In this document: in pieces, positions 19,658-29,487 of the stretch
Numbering within the stretch: the first letter of the stretch is position 1
Layout of the letters: every line of letters begins with the position of its first letter
Assembly: GCA_017511375.1 (NCBI GenBank)
Contig: JAFWKJ010000002.1
Location: 12,090-76,089, forward strand
Direction: 5' to 3'
Source of the DNA: Bacilli bacterium
GTDB taxonomy: Bacteria > Bacillota_I > Bacilli_A > RF39 > UBA660
Length of the DNA stretch: 64,000 nucleotides
Program-made: the position numbers and the translations under genes
Notes under the pieces: model-generated
Database searches by the model: none
Told to the model about the DNA's origin: nothing
The model's input: the letters and a program-made list of their open reading frames with translations, nothing else

Positions 19658-21340
19658 TTACTCAATTTCAACAATATCATCACCAAATAGTGATATTGCA
19701 CTATTTGATATTATATCATCATTCTTTATTTCTTCCAAGAGTATGTCCGGTTCTTTCAACAACTCATATTTTTCATTATTTTTAATCTTTGAAATATACT
19801 CATTTTTTAAGACATCCCATTGCTGATCAGAAACAATTGCAATATTCTTATTAGATTTCGTTATTTGATTATAAACATCTTGTAGTTTAAGAATATTAAC
19901 AAGATTTTGAGCAACAATAGCATCAGAATCATAACTAATTATCATAGAATCAGTTCCAACAACTCTAATTTTAGAATCCAACAACTCATTAACTAGATAA
20001 CCAATTTCCTGATCAAATGAATAATCTTTAAGAAGTTCAAAATTAGAAGATTCTTCCTTTAATAACTTCTTATCAGCTGTAGCAAAAGTATTATTAATTC
20101 TAACAGAAAGGATTTCGTCAATATTTATTATTTTAGGGACATGATAATTATAATCCATTACATCTTCAGAAGAATGATTGACCACATCCGTTTCACTGTA
20201 AAAGTCGTTATTGTTTAATTTAGGCTTACTATCGATATTTTTTTCTGATTTGATTTCTGATTTATCTTTTTCCACAGGGTTCTTTTCGATATTATCATTA
20301 GAAGAAATATAATCATTTATAAATTTTAATAAAAACATTTCAATAAATACTTTTGTATTACTACTTCTTTTAATATCATTCATTTTTTCGTTTAATTCAT
20401 TCACAAAAACCTGTAATAAATCTATAGACAAATCTGTATTCTTCTTTTCTAAATAATAATCCACAATAATATCACGAGTATAATTAACAACTTGAATCAT
20501 AATTTGAATTAAATTTTTACCTTTAATATTAAACTGGGAAATAATTTCAAGAGTGTTTTTAATATCACCCGACATAATACTTTGAATCAATTCAAATAAA
20601 TCTTGATCAGATACAATACCATTTACCTCATTAAAGTCATCTATCGTAATTTTTTCATCTGTATAAGAAACCATTTTATCTAATAAACCAATAGCATCCC
20701 TTAGTCCTCCATCAGATAATAAGGCAATCTTATCTAAGACAGCATCCTCAATTTTTATTTTTTCTTTCTTACAAATAAATGCAAGTCTCTCACGAATTGT
20801 TTCATTTGAAATACGTTTAAAAGAAAAGCATTGGCAACGAGAAACAATTGTATCAGGAACTTTTTCAGGATCTGTAGTAGCTAAAATAAATATTACATGT
20901 GCAGGAGGTTCTTCTAGTGTTTTCAATAACGCGTTAAAAGCAGCGTCAGAAAGCATATGAACTTCATCTACAATATATACTTTATATTTTAATTCAGAAG
21001 GAACCAAAGCAACGTTATTACGCAATTCTCTAATTTCATTTACACCATTGTTAGATGCAGCATCAATTTCAATAATATCAACACATTCATTAGAAAAAGA
21101 AAATTGACACGCATCACATTTTTTACAAGCTAAACCATTTTTAGGAGACAAACAATTAACATTTCTAGCAAAGATTTTTGAAACAGAAGTTTTTCCAGTA
21201 CCCCTAGGTCCAAAGAACATATAAGCATGTGAAAAATTTTGATTAACAATAGAATTTTGTAATGTTTTAATAATAGACTCTTGCCCTACTACCGAATCAA
21301 AATCTGTAGGTCGATATTTACGATATAAAGCGCGATACAT
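19658..21340 (-). CDS. dnaX: DNA polymerase III gamma/tau subunit
   Basis: MYRALYRKYRP, GPRGTGKTS, DEVHML, SRCQ and a zinc module CKKCDAC. Start at ATG 21340 after GGGAGG. Confidence 0.94.
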   Translation of the reverse strand: MYRALYRKYRPTDFDSVVGQESIIKTLQNSIVNQNFSHAYMFFGPRGTGKTSVSKIFARNVNCLSPKNGLACKKCDACQFSFSNECVDIIEIDAASNNGVNEIRELRNNVALVPSELKYKVYIVDEVHMLSDAAFNALLKTLEEPPAHVIFILATTDPEKVPDTIVSRCQCFSFKRISNETIRERLAFICKKEKIKIEDAVLDKIALLSDGGLRDAIGLLDKMVSYTDEKITIDDFNEVNGIVSDQDLFELIQSIMSGDIKNTLEIISQFNIKGKNLIQIMIQVVNYTRDIIVDYYLEKKNTDLSIDLLQVFVNELNEKMNDIKRSSNTKVFIEMFLLKFINDYISSNDNIEKNPVEKDKSEIKSEKNIDSKPKLNNNDFYSETDVVNHSSEDVMDYNYHVPKIINIDEILSVRINNTFATADKKLLKEESSNFELLKDYSFDQEIGYLVNELLDSKIRVVGTDSMIISYDSDAIVAQNLVNILKLQDVYNQITKSNKNIAIVSDQQWDVLKNEYISKIKNNEKYELLKEPDILLEEIKNDDIISNSAISLFGDDIVEIE

Positions 21341-21387
21341 AATTAACCTCCCATCAAGGTTATTATAACACAATAAAAGCAAAGAAC

Positions 21388-21837
21388 TTAAGAATTTCTT
21401 TGCTTTTTAAAGAAAGAATTTAATATTTCTTTTGAAGACACAATATCCAGATTTGATTCAAAAATCACTTCAGGATTTATTTTGTCTTTATGAAAGATTT
21501 TTTGAATAATTTTAATATTATTTTCATCTAGATTATTTAAAGCCGAATAAACACATTTTATACGAGATTGTTTAATAGCGCTCGCACACATAGGACACGG
21601 ATCAAGTGTTACGTATAATTCACAGCCATCTAATCTCCAATTATTCAGTTTACGTGTGGCTTTTTGAATAACTTGAATTTCCGCATGATAAATACTACAA
21701 TTTTTCTTTTCTTTCATATTATGTGCTTTAGCAAGTATCTTTCCATCTTTTACGATCACCGCACCTACAGGAACCTCATTTAATTCAAATGCTTTTTGTG
21801 CCTCTTTAAAAGCTATATCAAAAAATCTATTATTCAT
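21388..21837 (-). CDS. tadA: tRNA adenosine(34) deaminase
   Basis: HAE...PCPMC deaminase zinc motifs, 149 aa. Confidence 0.92.
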   Translation of the reverse strand: MNNRFFDIAFKEAQKAFELNEVPVGAVIVKDGKILAKAHNMKEKKNCSIYHAEIQVIQKATRKLNNWRLDGCELYVTLDPCPMCASAIKQSRIKCVYSALNNLDENNIKIIQKIFHKDKINPEVIFESNLDIVSSKEILNSFFKKQRNS

Positions 21838-21849
21838 ATTTTCCTCCTA

Positions 21850-21936
21850 AAAAAGAAAAAGTGCACATGGAAGGAGGACTTTAAGGCTGCTACCTTCCGA
21901 TCCTGACCTGGTTCAGTCACTTCCATTGCACGTTCT
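21850..21936 (-). ncRNA. ffs: Signal recognition particle RNA, minimal 4.5S-like form
   Basis: The minus strand reads GUGCAAUGGAAG...CCAGGUCAGGAUCGGAAGGUAGCAGCC...CUUCCAUGUGCAC followed by a U-tract. This is the conserved domain IV (AGGUCAGG, GGAA tetraloop, AGCAGCC) closed by a 12-bp helix. Confidence 0.85.
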
Positions 21937-21942
21937 TATTGT

Positions 21943-21969
21943 ATTATAAAGAAATAAAAAAGTAAACAA
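21943..21969 (-). promoter_or_regulatory. Probable sigma-A promoter of ffs
   Basis: On the minus strand, TATAAT at 21948-21943 and TTGTTT at 21969-21964 (15-nt spacer, suboptimal). The predicted transcription start is about 7 nt upstream of the SRP closing helix. Confidence 0.5.
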
Positions 21970-21987
21970 TAAAAGCAACATTTTACT

Positions 21988-22003
21988 CGTTTCACGTGAA
22001 ACT
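21988..22003. promoter_or_regulatory. parS-like site (ParB/Spo0J loading site), 14/16 match
   Basis: CGTTTCACGTGAAACT compared with the palindromic parS TGTTTCACGTGAAACA. The central 14 bp are a perfect palindrome. Confidence 0.75.
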
Positions 22004-22047
22004 TAATAAAAATGTACTGTTTTTATTTCCCAAATAGCATTAAAAAT

Positions 22048-22063
22048 TATTTCCCGGGAAATA
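22048..22063. promoter_or_regulatory. Noc-binding site (NBS), 16/16 match
   Basis: TATTTCCCGGGAAATA matches, from memory, the published B. subtilis NBS consensus (core ATTTCCCGGGAAAT). It sits inside an 18-bp perfect palindrome at 22047-22064. Confidence 0.75.
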
Positions 22064-22084
22064 ATTTGATAAAAAACAAAGAAA

Positions 22085-22100
22085 TATTTCCCGGAAAATA
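22085..22100. promoter_or_regulatory. Noc-binding site (NBS), 15/16 match
   Basis: TATTTCCCGGAAAATA has a single G-to-A change relative to TATTTCCCGGGAAATA. Confidence 0.65.
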
Positions 22101-22102
22101 CA

Positions 22103-22118
22103 TGTTTCACGTGGAACA
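22103..22118. promoter_or_regulatory. parS site, 16/16 match
   Basis: TGTTTCACGTGGAACA is the reverse complement of TGTTCCACGTGAAACA, the B. subtilis parS consensus. Confidence 0.85.
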
Positions 22119-22142
22119 AAAAAAGAGACATAATAGTCTCTT
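22117..22142 (-). terminator. Intrinsic terminator of gyrA
   Basis: Stem AGAGAC / GTCTCT with a 6-nt loop, then U7 on the minus strand, starting 7 nt after the gyrA stop. Confidence 0.75.
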
Positions 22143-22148
22143 TCTAAA

Positions 22149-24617
22149 TTATTCACTAATTTCACTTGTTTCAACAAGTTCTTCAGAACTTTCTTCTTCT
22201 TGTTTTTCTTTTTCAACAAGAGCTACAGTAGATAATCTTTGTTCATCTTTTAAATTCATTAAGCGAACACCTTGTGTTGCTCTTTTTAAGGTAGATACCT
22301 GATCTAATGGAAGTTTAATAATCATACCACTATCCGTCATCATAATTAAATCAAGTTCTTCATCAGCATTAAAGCATTTAAGAGAAACTAAAGCACCATT
22401 TTTATCGGTAACATTATATGCTTTAACACCCTTACTACCTCTATGTGTTAAACGATATTCATCAATCAAAGATTTTTTACCATAACCATTAGCGGTAACA
22501 ATTAAAACCATTTCTCCAGGAACAACAGCATCTGCCCCCACGACGATAGCTCCATCTAATTCTATACCTTTAACTCCAGAACTACTACGTCCCATAGCAC
22601 GAATCTCATTTTCATCAAAACGAACCATACGGCCATTACTTGCTCCAATAACAATTTCATTTTTTCCACAAGTCTTTTTAACACTAATTAGCTCATCATC
22701 TTCACGCAAAACAATTGCAATCTTACCACTTTTACGAATATTATCAAATTCTTCTATAGCCGTACGTTTAACAATACCATTCTTAGTTGCGAACATTAAA
22801 TATTTCGTATTATCATCACTAGGACTAACACTAAGTATCGAACTAATGTTCTCTTCTTTTTCAAGCGGTAATAAGTTAATAATAGGTAATCCTTTAGATT
22901 GTCTAGAAAATTCAGGAACTTCATATCCTTTCATTCGATAGACTCTACCACGATTAGAGAAGAATAGTAAATAATCATGTGTACTCATTGATAATATTTT
23001 TTCCACAAAGTCTTCTTCGTTAGTAGACATACCTTTTATACCTACTCCACCACGATTTTGCGTCTTGTAAGTATCTGTTCTTAAACGTTTAATATAACCA
23101 TTCTTCGTTAAGTTAATAATAATATTTTCTTCAGGGATTAAAGACTCATCTTCAATATATTCAATGGCTGTCATATCAATATTGGTACGTCTTTCATCAC
23201 CATATTTTTGTTTAATTTCAAGCAATTCATCTTTAATAACACCAAGGATTCTTTGATCACTTGCTAAAATAGCCTTTAATTCTTCAATAAGTTTTAATAA
23301 ATCAGATAATTCACTTTCAATCTTATCACGCTCTAATCCAGTTAAACGACGTAATTTCATTTCAAGAATTGCGTTTGCTTGAACATCTGTAAGACCAAAA
23401 CTACTCATTAAGCCATTTCTAGCTTCTTCATCGTCTCCTGCACCACGTATAATTTTAATAACCTCATCAATATGATCAAGAGCAATTTTTAAACCTTCTA
23501 AGATATGAACTCTTTTTTCTGCTCCATCTAGTTCAAAGCGAGTTCTACGAATAATAATTTCTTTTTGATATTCAATGTATTTAACAATAATATCTTTTAA
23601 ACCAAGTGTTTTAGGAACACCTTGATCTAGCATCAAGAAGATGATTCCATACGTTGTTTGAAACTGTGTATGTTTAAATAATTTATTTAAAACAACTTGA
23701 GCATTCGCATCTTTCTTTAAAGTAATAGTTATTTTGATACCATCTTTTAAATCAGAATGATAATCAGCAATACCATCAATAATCTTATTATGAACAAGTT
23801 CAGCAACCTTATTCTTTAGTTCTAATGTATTAACACCATAAGGAACTTCATCAATAACAATATATTGTTTTCCATTTTCCTCTTGAATCGTTGCTTTACT
23901 ACGAATCGTGATAGATCCTCTACCAGTTTCATAAGCTTGACGAATACCACTATTTCCTAAAATAGTAGCTCCAGTAGGAAAGTCCGGTCCTTTAATATAT
24001 TGCATCAAACCATCAAGTTCAATATCCGGATTATCAATGTAAGCAACACATCCATCAATTACTTCCCCTAAGTTGTGAGGAGGAATATTGGTTGCCATAC
24101 CAACAGCAATACCCGTAGTACCATTTACTAAGATATTTGGAAATCTAGAAGGTAATACTTCCGGTTCTCTTTCACTCTCATCAAAGTTAGGAGTAAAATT
24201 AACCGTATCTTTATTAATATTTCGAAGTAATTCCAATGAAATCTTAGATAAACGAGACTCTGTATAACGCATAGCAGCAGCTCCATAACCTTCAATGTTA
24301 CCAAAGTTACCATGTCCATCTACTAACATATAACGGTAACTAAAGTCTTGTGCCATACGTACCATAGCTTCATAAATAGAAGAATCACCATGTGGGTGAT
24401 ATTTACCCATAACATCACCAACGATTTTAGCACTCTTCTTATGAGGTTTATCAGGCGTATAACCTGATTCATACATTGAATACAAAATACGTCTGTGAAC
24501 AGGTTTTAAACCATCTCTAAGGTCAGGTAAAGCACGAGCAACAATAACACTCATGGAATACTCTAAAAATGAATCTTCTACTTCTTTAACAATATTATTT
24601 TTTTCTAATCGATCCAT
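22149..24617 (-). CDS. gyrA: DNA gyrase subunit A
   Basis: [37 protein letters not shown] (catalytic Tyr), and a C-terminal beta-pinwheel plus acidic tail. Confidence 0.96.
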   Translation of the reverse strand: MDRLEKNNIVKEVEDSFLEYSMSVIVARALPDLRDGLKPVHRRILYSMYESGYTPDKPHKKSAKIVGDVMGKYHPHGDSSIYEAMVRMAQDFSYRYMLVDGHGNFGNIEGYGAAAMRYTESRLSKISLELLRNINKDTVNFTPNFDESEREPEVLPSRFPNILVNGTTGIAVGMATNIPPHNLGEVIDGCVAYIDNPDIELDGLMQYIKGPDFPTGATILGNSGIRQAYETGRGSITIRSKATIQEENGKQYIVIDEVPYGVNTLELKNKVAELVHNKIIDGIADYHSDLKDGIKITITLKKDANAQVVLNKLFKHTQFQTTYGIIFLMLDQGVPKTLGLKDIIVKYIEYQKEIIIRRTRFELDGAEKRVHILEGLKIALDHIDEVIKIIRGAGDDEEARNGLMSSFGLTDVQANAILEMKLRRLTGLERDKIESELSDLLKLIEELKAILASDQRILGVIKDELLEIKQKYGDERRTNIDMTAIEYIEDESLIPEENIIINLTKNGYIKRLRTDTYKTQNRGGVGIKGMSTNEEDFVEKILSMSTHDYLLFFSNRGRVYRMKGYEVPEFSRQSKGLPIINLLPLEKEENISSILSVSPSDDNTKYLMFATKNGIVKRTAIEEFDNIRKSGKIAIVLREDDELISVKKTCGKNEIVIGASNGRMVRFDENEIRAMGRSSSGVKGIELDGAIVVGADAVVPGEMVLIVTANGYGKKSLIDEYRLTHRGSKGVKAYNVTDKNGALVSLKCFNADEELDLIMMTDSGMIIKLPLDQVSTLKRATQGVRLMNLKDEQRLSTVALVEKEKQEEESSEELVETSEISE

Positions 24618-24626
24618 AAAACCCTC

Positions 24627-26555
24627 CTAAATATCAAGATTCTCAACATGAGGAGCATTCGTTTCAATAAATTCACGCCTAGGTTCAACTTCTTCACCCA
24701 TTAATTTAGAGAAAACTTCATCAGCGGCAATTGCATCCTCAACTGTAATCTGTCTCAAAATACGTTTATGAATATCCATAGTCGTTTCATTTAACTCTTC
24801 AGCATCCATCTCTCCTAAACCTTTCATACGAGAAATATCATACTTTGTATTAGGAGATAAACTGGCAAGATATTCATCTCTTTCTTCTTCGTTTAAAACA
24901 TATTTAATCGTTTTTCCATGTTTAATACAGAATAATGGAGGTTGGGCAGCATACACATGTCCAGCTTCAACAATTGGTCGAAAGAAACGATAAAATAACG
25001 TTAATAATAAAACACGAATATGACTACCATCTACATAAGCATCAGTCATAATAATAATCTGATGATAACGTAGTTTAGATAAATCAAATTCTTCCCCGAT
25101 TCCAGTACCAAAAGCAGTAATAATAGTTCGAATTTCTTCATTACCTAAAGCTCTATCAAGTCTTGCTTTTTCTACATTTAGTATTTTACCTCTTAAAGGA
25201 AGAATAGCTTGTGTCATAGAATCTCTACCTTTGATAGCAGATCCTCCAGCAGAATCACCCTCGACTAAGAAAATTTCAGAAATCGTAGCATCCTTACTTT
25301 TACAATCAGATAGCTTACCATAAAAATTAGTAACATCTAAATCTCCTTTTCTACGAGTTAATTCTCTTGCTTTTTTAGCAGCAACTCTTGCCCTACTAGC
25401 AGTCATAGACTTATCAATAATTACACGAGCTTGATCAGGATTTTCCATTAAAAATCTCTCAAAAGATTCAGAAAATATTTTATCCACAATCCCACGAACT
25501 TCACTATTTCCTAATTTTGTCTTAGTTTGACCTTCAAATTGAGGATTTGGATGTTTCACAGAAATAATCATCGTTAATCCTTCTCTACAGTCTTCACCAG
25601 TAAGTGGATCATCTTTTTCTTTTAAAATACCGTTCGTTGTTGCATATTTATTCATAATTCTTGTTAACGCTCTTTTAGCACCATCTTCATGAGTTCCACC
25701 CTCAGGAGTCGTAATATTATTAACAAAAGAATAAACACTTTCATTATAAGATTCATTATATTGAAGAGCTACTTCTACTTTAATATCTTTATCAGCACCT
25801 TCAATATCTACAATTGTTTCATGAATAGGATTCTTGTTTTTATTAAGCATTTCAACATATTCGACAATTCCACCTTCATAGTAGAAAGAGTCTTTTTTTT
25901 CGGCTTCTCTTTCATCATATAAAGAAATTCTTAAGCCTTTATTTAAGAAAGCTAACTCTTTTAATCTTGTTTTTAAAATATCATAATCAAATACTGTTGT
26001 TTCCGTAAATATTTCATCATCAGGTAAAAAATGTACAGTCGTACCTGTTCTATCCTTATCACAATGATCTATAATTTTTAATTCATCATCAGGATGTCCC
26101 CCATGACTAAATCTTTGATAATAAATATTACCATCACGATATACTTTTACTTCTACCCAGTCAGATAAAGCATTAACAACACTAGCACCAACTCCATGAA
26201 GTCCACCAGATACTTTATATCCTCCACCACCAAATTTTCCACCAGCATGCAATACTGTATACACAGTTTCTACAGTACTTTTTCCTGTTTTTGGATGAAT
26301 ATCAGTAGGAATACCACGTCCATCATCTTTTACAATAATACTATTATCCTTACAAACTGTAACTTCAATATGTTTACAATAACCAGCTAAAGCTTCATCA
26401 ATAGAATTATCAACAATTTCCCAAACTAAATGATGTAATCCTCTAGAACTTGTTGTTCCTATATACATTCCTGGACGTTTTCTTACTGCTTCTAATCCTT
26501 CTAATACTTGAATTGATGAGGAATCATACTCTTTATTTACTCTTTCATCTTCCAT
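24627..26555 (-). CDS. gyrB: DNA gyrase subunit B
   Basis: GHKL ATPase region ([17 protein letters not shown]), QTKTKLGN, and Toprim EGDSAGG. The acidic triad reads DAYVDG instead of DADVDG (see finding). Confidence 0.95.
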   Translation of the reverse strand: MEDERVNKEYDSSSIQVLEGLEAVRKRPGMYIGTTSSRGLHHLVWEIVDNSIDEALAGYCKHIEVTVCKDNSIIVKDDGRGIPTDIHPKTGKSTVETVYTVLHAGGKFGGGGYKVSGGLHGVGASVVNALSDWVEVKVYRDGNIYYQRFSHGGHPDDELKIIDHCDKDRTGTTVHFLPDDEIFTETTVFDYDILKTRLKELAFLNKGLRISLYDEREAEKKDSFYYEGGIVEYVEMLNKNKNPIHETIVDIEGADKDIKVEVALQYNESYNESVYSFVNNITTPEGGTHEDGAKRALTRIMNKYATTNGILKEKDDPLTGEDCREGLTMIISVKHPNPQFEGQTKTKLGNSEVRGIVDKIFSESFERFLMENPDQARVIIDKSMTASRARVAAKKARELTRRKGDLDVTNFYGKLSDCKSKDATISEIFLVEGDSAGGSAIKGRDSMTQAILPLRGKILNVEKARLDRALGNEEIRTIITAFGTGIGEEFDLSKLRYHQIIIMTDAYVDGSHIRVLLLTLFYRFFRPIVEAGHVYAAQPPLFCIKHGKTIKYVLNEEERDEYLASLSPNTKYDISRMKGLGEMDAEELNETTMDIHKRILRQITVEDAIAADEVFSKLMGEEVEPRREFIETNAPHVENLDI

Positions 26556-26558
26556 TAT

Positions 26559-27671
26559 TTACCTTCTCTCTACATTTCCGTTTTTAACAATAAATATATC
26601 TGCCTCTTCAATATATTTTTTATTAATATTTCTTAAATCTGTTGTTGTAATAATACTTTGAATATCATAACCTTGAATCATTTTTAATAATTTATTTCTC
26701 TTTTTCACATCTAATTCACTAAAAATATCATCTAATAATAAAACAGGATATGTACCTGTAATATCTTTAAAAATAGGTATTTCAGACATTTTAAAAGATA
26801 ATACAGCAACTTTCTGTTGACCTTGAGATCCATAATATTTTAAATCATTCCCTTTATAATCAAAGTAAAAATCATCACGATGTGGACCATAAATAGTCAT
26901 TCCATAATTAAGTTCTTTTAAATAATTCTTTTTAAAAGTATGTTTTAATTTTTTTCGAATGGTTTCATATTCATAATTATCAAATATTACATTTGTTATA
27001 TAATGAATACTTAAATCATTATCACCAGAAATATTATTAAAATTAGAATTGATATGACAATTAATTAAATCAATAAATTCTTTTCTCTTTTGATAAATTT
27101 TAATAGCCTTATCTATCAATTTATCAGTAATAACATCTAAATAATTCACATCTGCAATACTATTATTAAATAATACTTTTAAATACTCATTTCTCGTCTT
27201 TAATAATTTATTGTACTCATTATAAATAAGTAGATATTCTTTAGATAATTGACATAATTCTATATTTAATAAATTTCTTCGAATACTAGGAGATCCCTTA
27301 AGTATTTCTAAGTCGTCTGGTGTAAAGATAATAACATTCAAATTAGAAATATAATCTGCTACTTTCTTAATACTAGAACTATTAACACTTAATTTTTTTG
27401 TATCTTCATCTATCTCCACACTAAGTTTAGTTAATACTCTATTCTTTTTAATAGATCCAGCAATCTTACACTTTTTCTGATCAAACATAATAATATTAGG
27501 ATTAACACCAATTCTATGAGATTTAGTTAAAGCTAAAATCGTGATAGCTTCTAAGATATTTGTCTTTCCTTGTGCATTATCTCCAACAAAAATATTCATC
27601 TTTTGACCAAAGGTAAGATTTAATTTTAAATAATTTCTAAAATGAACTAAGTTTAAATTACCAATTTTCAT
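26559..27671 (-). CDS. recF: DNA replication and repair protein RecF
   Basis: GDNAQGKTNILEAI Walker A, an SMC-like signature, and a LLLDDIFSELD Walker B region. Confidence 0.93.
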   Translation of the reverse strand: MKIGNLNLVHFRNYLKLNLTFGQKMNIFVGDNAQGKTNILEAITILALTKSHRIGVNPNIIMFDQKKCKIAGSIKKNRVLTKLSVEIDEDTKKLSVNSSSIKKVADYISNLNVIIFTPDDLEILKGSPSIRRNLLNIELCQLSKEYLLIYNEYNKLLKTRNEYLKVLFNNSIADVNYLDVITDKLIDKAIKIYQKRKEFIDLINCHINSNFNNISGDNDLSIHYITNVIFDNYEYETIRKKLKHTFKKNYLKELNYGMTIYGPHRDDFYFDYKGNDLKYYGSQGQQKVAVLSFKMSEIPIFKDITGTYPVLLLDDIFSELDVKKRNKLLKMIQGYDIQSIITTTDLRNINKKYIEEADIFIVKNGNVERR

Positions 27672-27783
27672 TTAAAACCTATTAAAAGACACATACGCCT
27701 CACCTATCCCTAATGTGGTATAACTATACATACAAATATATTATAGCATATATGAGCCTTAAAAACACAAAAAAATAGTTATT

Positions 27784-28236
27784 TTAACTATTTTTTCTAT
27801 TATTTAAAACAAGATCTAATCGAGAAGCACGAGACATTTGATTTTCAATTGATCTAAAAGAACAAGGTATAATTATTTCTTCTTGATTATCAAAAATAAT
27901 TTTCGTGTTATAATTATCTACTTTATAAATATTATAAACTCTTTTCAAAGAAATCCAAATACAATCATCTGCATAAGGTGACGTAGTAGGAAAAGCAATT
28001 AAATTAGAAGAATCCTCAACCACAATAGGTACTTTATATTCAGCACCTAAGATAGATTTAGAACCTTCTTTTCTTCCTTCATAAGAACTACCAAAATATC
28101 TACAACTATCCTCCATGATTTGAAATGGTTTTACGGAAATAATATATTTATCATTATCCTCTAATACTAAACTAGTATTCCCATCATTAGGAACAATCGC
28201 TAAAGTTCCTTTACTAAATTCATATTTATTAATCAT
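27784..28236 (-). CDS. comK: ComK-family competence transcription factor (short, 150 aa)
   Basis: VKPFQIMEDSCRYFGSSYEGRKEGS aligns with B. subtilis MKPLQIVDRSCRFFGSSYAGRKAGT. Also PIVVEDSSNLIAFPT, CIWIS and SIENQ align with B. subtilis ComK. Confidence 0.85.
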   Translation of the reverse strand: MINKYEFSKGTLAIVPNDGNTSLVLEDNDKYIISVKPFQIMEDSCRYFGSSYEGRKEGSKSILGAEYKVPIVVEDSSNLIAFPTTSPYADDCIWISLKRVYNIYKVDNYNTKIIFDNQEEIIIPCSFRSIENQMSRASRLDLVLNNRKNS

Positions 28237-28359
28237 AATAATCCCCCTTAGACCTATTAAGGTCTTGCTTAGTAAAATAACATAATTATTTGTCGATTTT
28301 ACTCAATATATGTCGATTCATAAATATTATTCAAAAAAAAAGAGAAAATCCTCTCTTTT

Positions 28360-29487
28360 TTAATAAGTTCTAATTGGTAATACTAATTGTGTTAAAGTAG
28401 TATCTTCTTCAGATTTAATTAAAATAGGTTTTATTTCTCCTACAAAATGTAATTCCACAGTATCTGTTGAAAAACTCTTTAATGCATCCATCATATATTT
28501 AGCACTAAATGAAATTTTAATATTTTCATCATTATTTTTACTAATAATCATTTTTTCTTCTACTCTACCAATTTCCACAGAACTACTCTTAAGTATTAAA
28601 GTATTTCCTTGTGTTTCTAAAGTAACAATATTTTTTTCTTTATCACTAGTTAAAATACTAACACGATCAATTACATTATAGAAATCATTTAAATTTGTAC
28701 TTACAACTAACATAGAATCTTCAGGTAATAAATTAGCTGTATTAGGATATGCTCCATTTATAAGTCTTGATTCAAATTTTAAATTACCATTCTTAAATAG
28801 AATTTTATTATTAAAAATATGTAATTCAACAACATCATCATCATCCCCAATGATTTTAGTAAACTCAATTAAATTATGACTAGGAATAACAATATTATAA
28901 TTTTCATCACTGGTTTTATCTAATTTAACAACTTTTCTTGCTAAACGATAAGAATCAGTAGCATTACATTCTAGAATATCCCCTACTATATTAAAGTTAA
29001 TACCAGTTAATACAGGTTTACTTTCTTCATTAGAAGTAGCAAAAGCAGTTTGATTCACAATAGATTTAAATATTCCAACATTCATATCAATTTTCTTTTT
29101 ACTTTCTTCTAATCCAATATTAGGATATTCACTTTCACTAATACCATTTAAATTAAATTCACTATTTTCTGTATAAATAAGAATTTTTAAATCATCAACA
29201 ACCTCTATATTAATATATTCATCAGGTAATTTTCTTACTATATCTAATATATATTTACCTGAAATAATGATACTTCCCTCACTATCTATTTTAAATTCAT
29301 CATCAGAAGTACTTTCTATAACTGTTTGAATTGTAATATCATTATCACTTGCTGTTAATGTAAGTTTTTTTTTCTTTAAATCAAACTTTATTCCTCCAAG
29401 TACAGGGATAAGATTCTTAGTTGAAATAGCTTTTGATACTTTTATTAAAGCATCTAATAATAATTCCTTTTTAATCGTAAATTTCAT
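28360..29487 (-). CDS. dnaN: DNA polymerase III beta sliding clamp
   Basis: MKFTIKKELL..., 375 aa, three-domain clamp pattern, immediately downstream of dnaA. Confidence 0.95.
   Translation of the reverse strand: MKFTIKKELLLDALIKVSKAISTKNLIPVLGGIKFDLKKKKLTLTASDNDITIQTVIESTSDDEFKIDSEGSIIISGKYILDIVRKLPDEYINIEVVDDLKILIYTENSEFNLNGISESEYPNIGLEESKKKIDMNVGIFKSIVNQTAFATSNEESKPVLTGINFNIVGDILECNATDSYRLARKVVKLDKTSDENYNIVIPSHNLIEFTKIIGDDDDVVELHIFNNKILFKNGNLKFESRLINGAYPNTANLLPEDSMLVVSTNLNDFYNVIDRVSILTSDKEKNIVTLETQGNTLILKSSSVEIGRVEEKMIISKNNDENIKISFSAKYMMDALKSFSTDTVELHFVGEIKPILIKSEEDTTLTQLVLPIRTY

Noticed and set aside
22012-22302. The plus-strand 96-aa track ORF, and a 43-codon minus-strand ORF (MSLFLFHVKHVF...) that starts in the gyrA terminator loop and spans the palindrome region.
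   Set aside because: Neither has a credible SD. The plus ORF runs antisense into gyrA. The sequence is better explained by the parS and NBS sites, the ffs promoter and the gyrA terminator. I first considered an unknown operator or a MITE for the palindromes, then recognised the parS and NBS consensus sequences.
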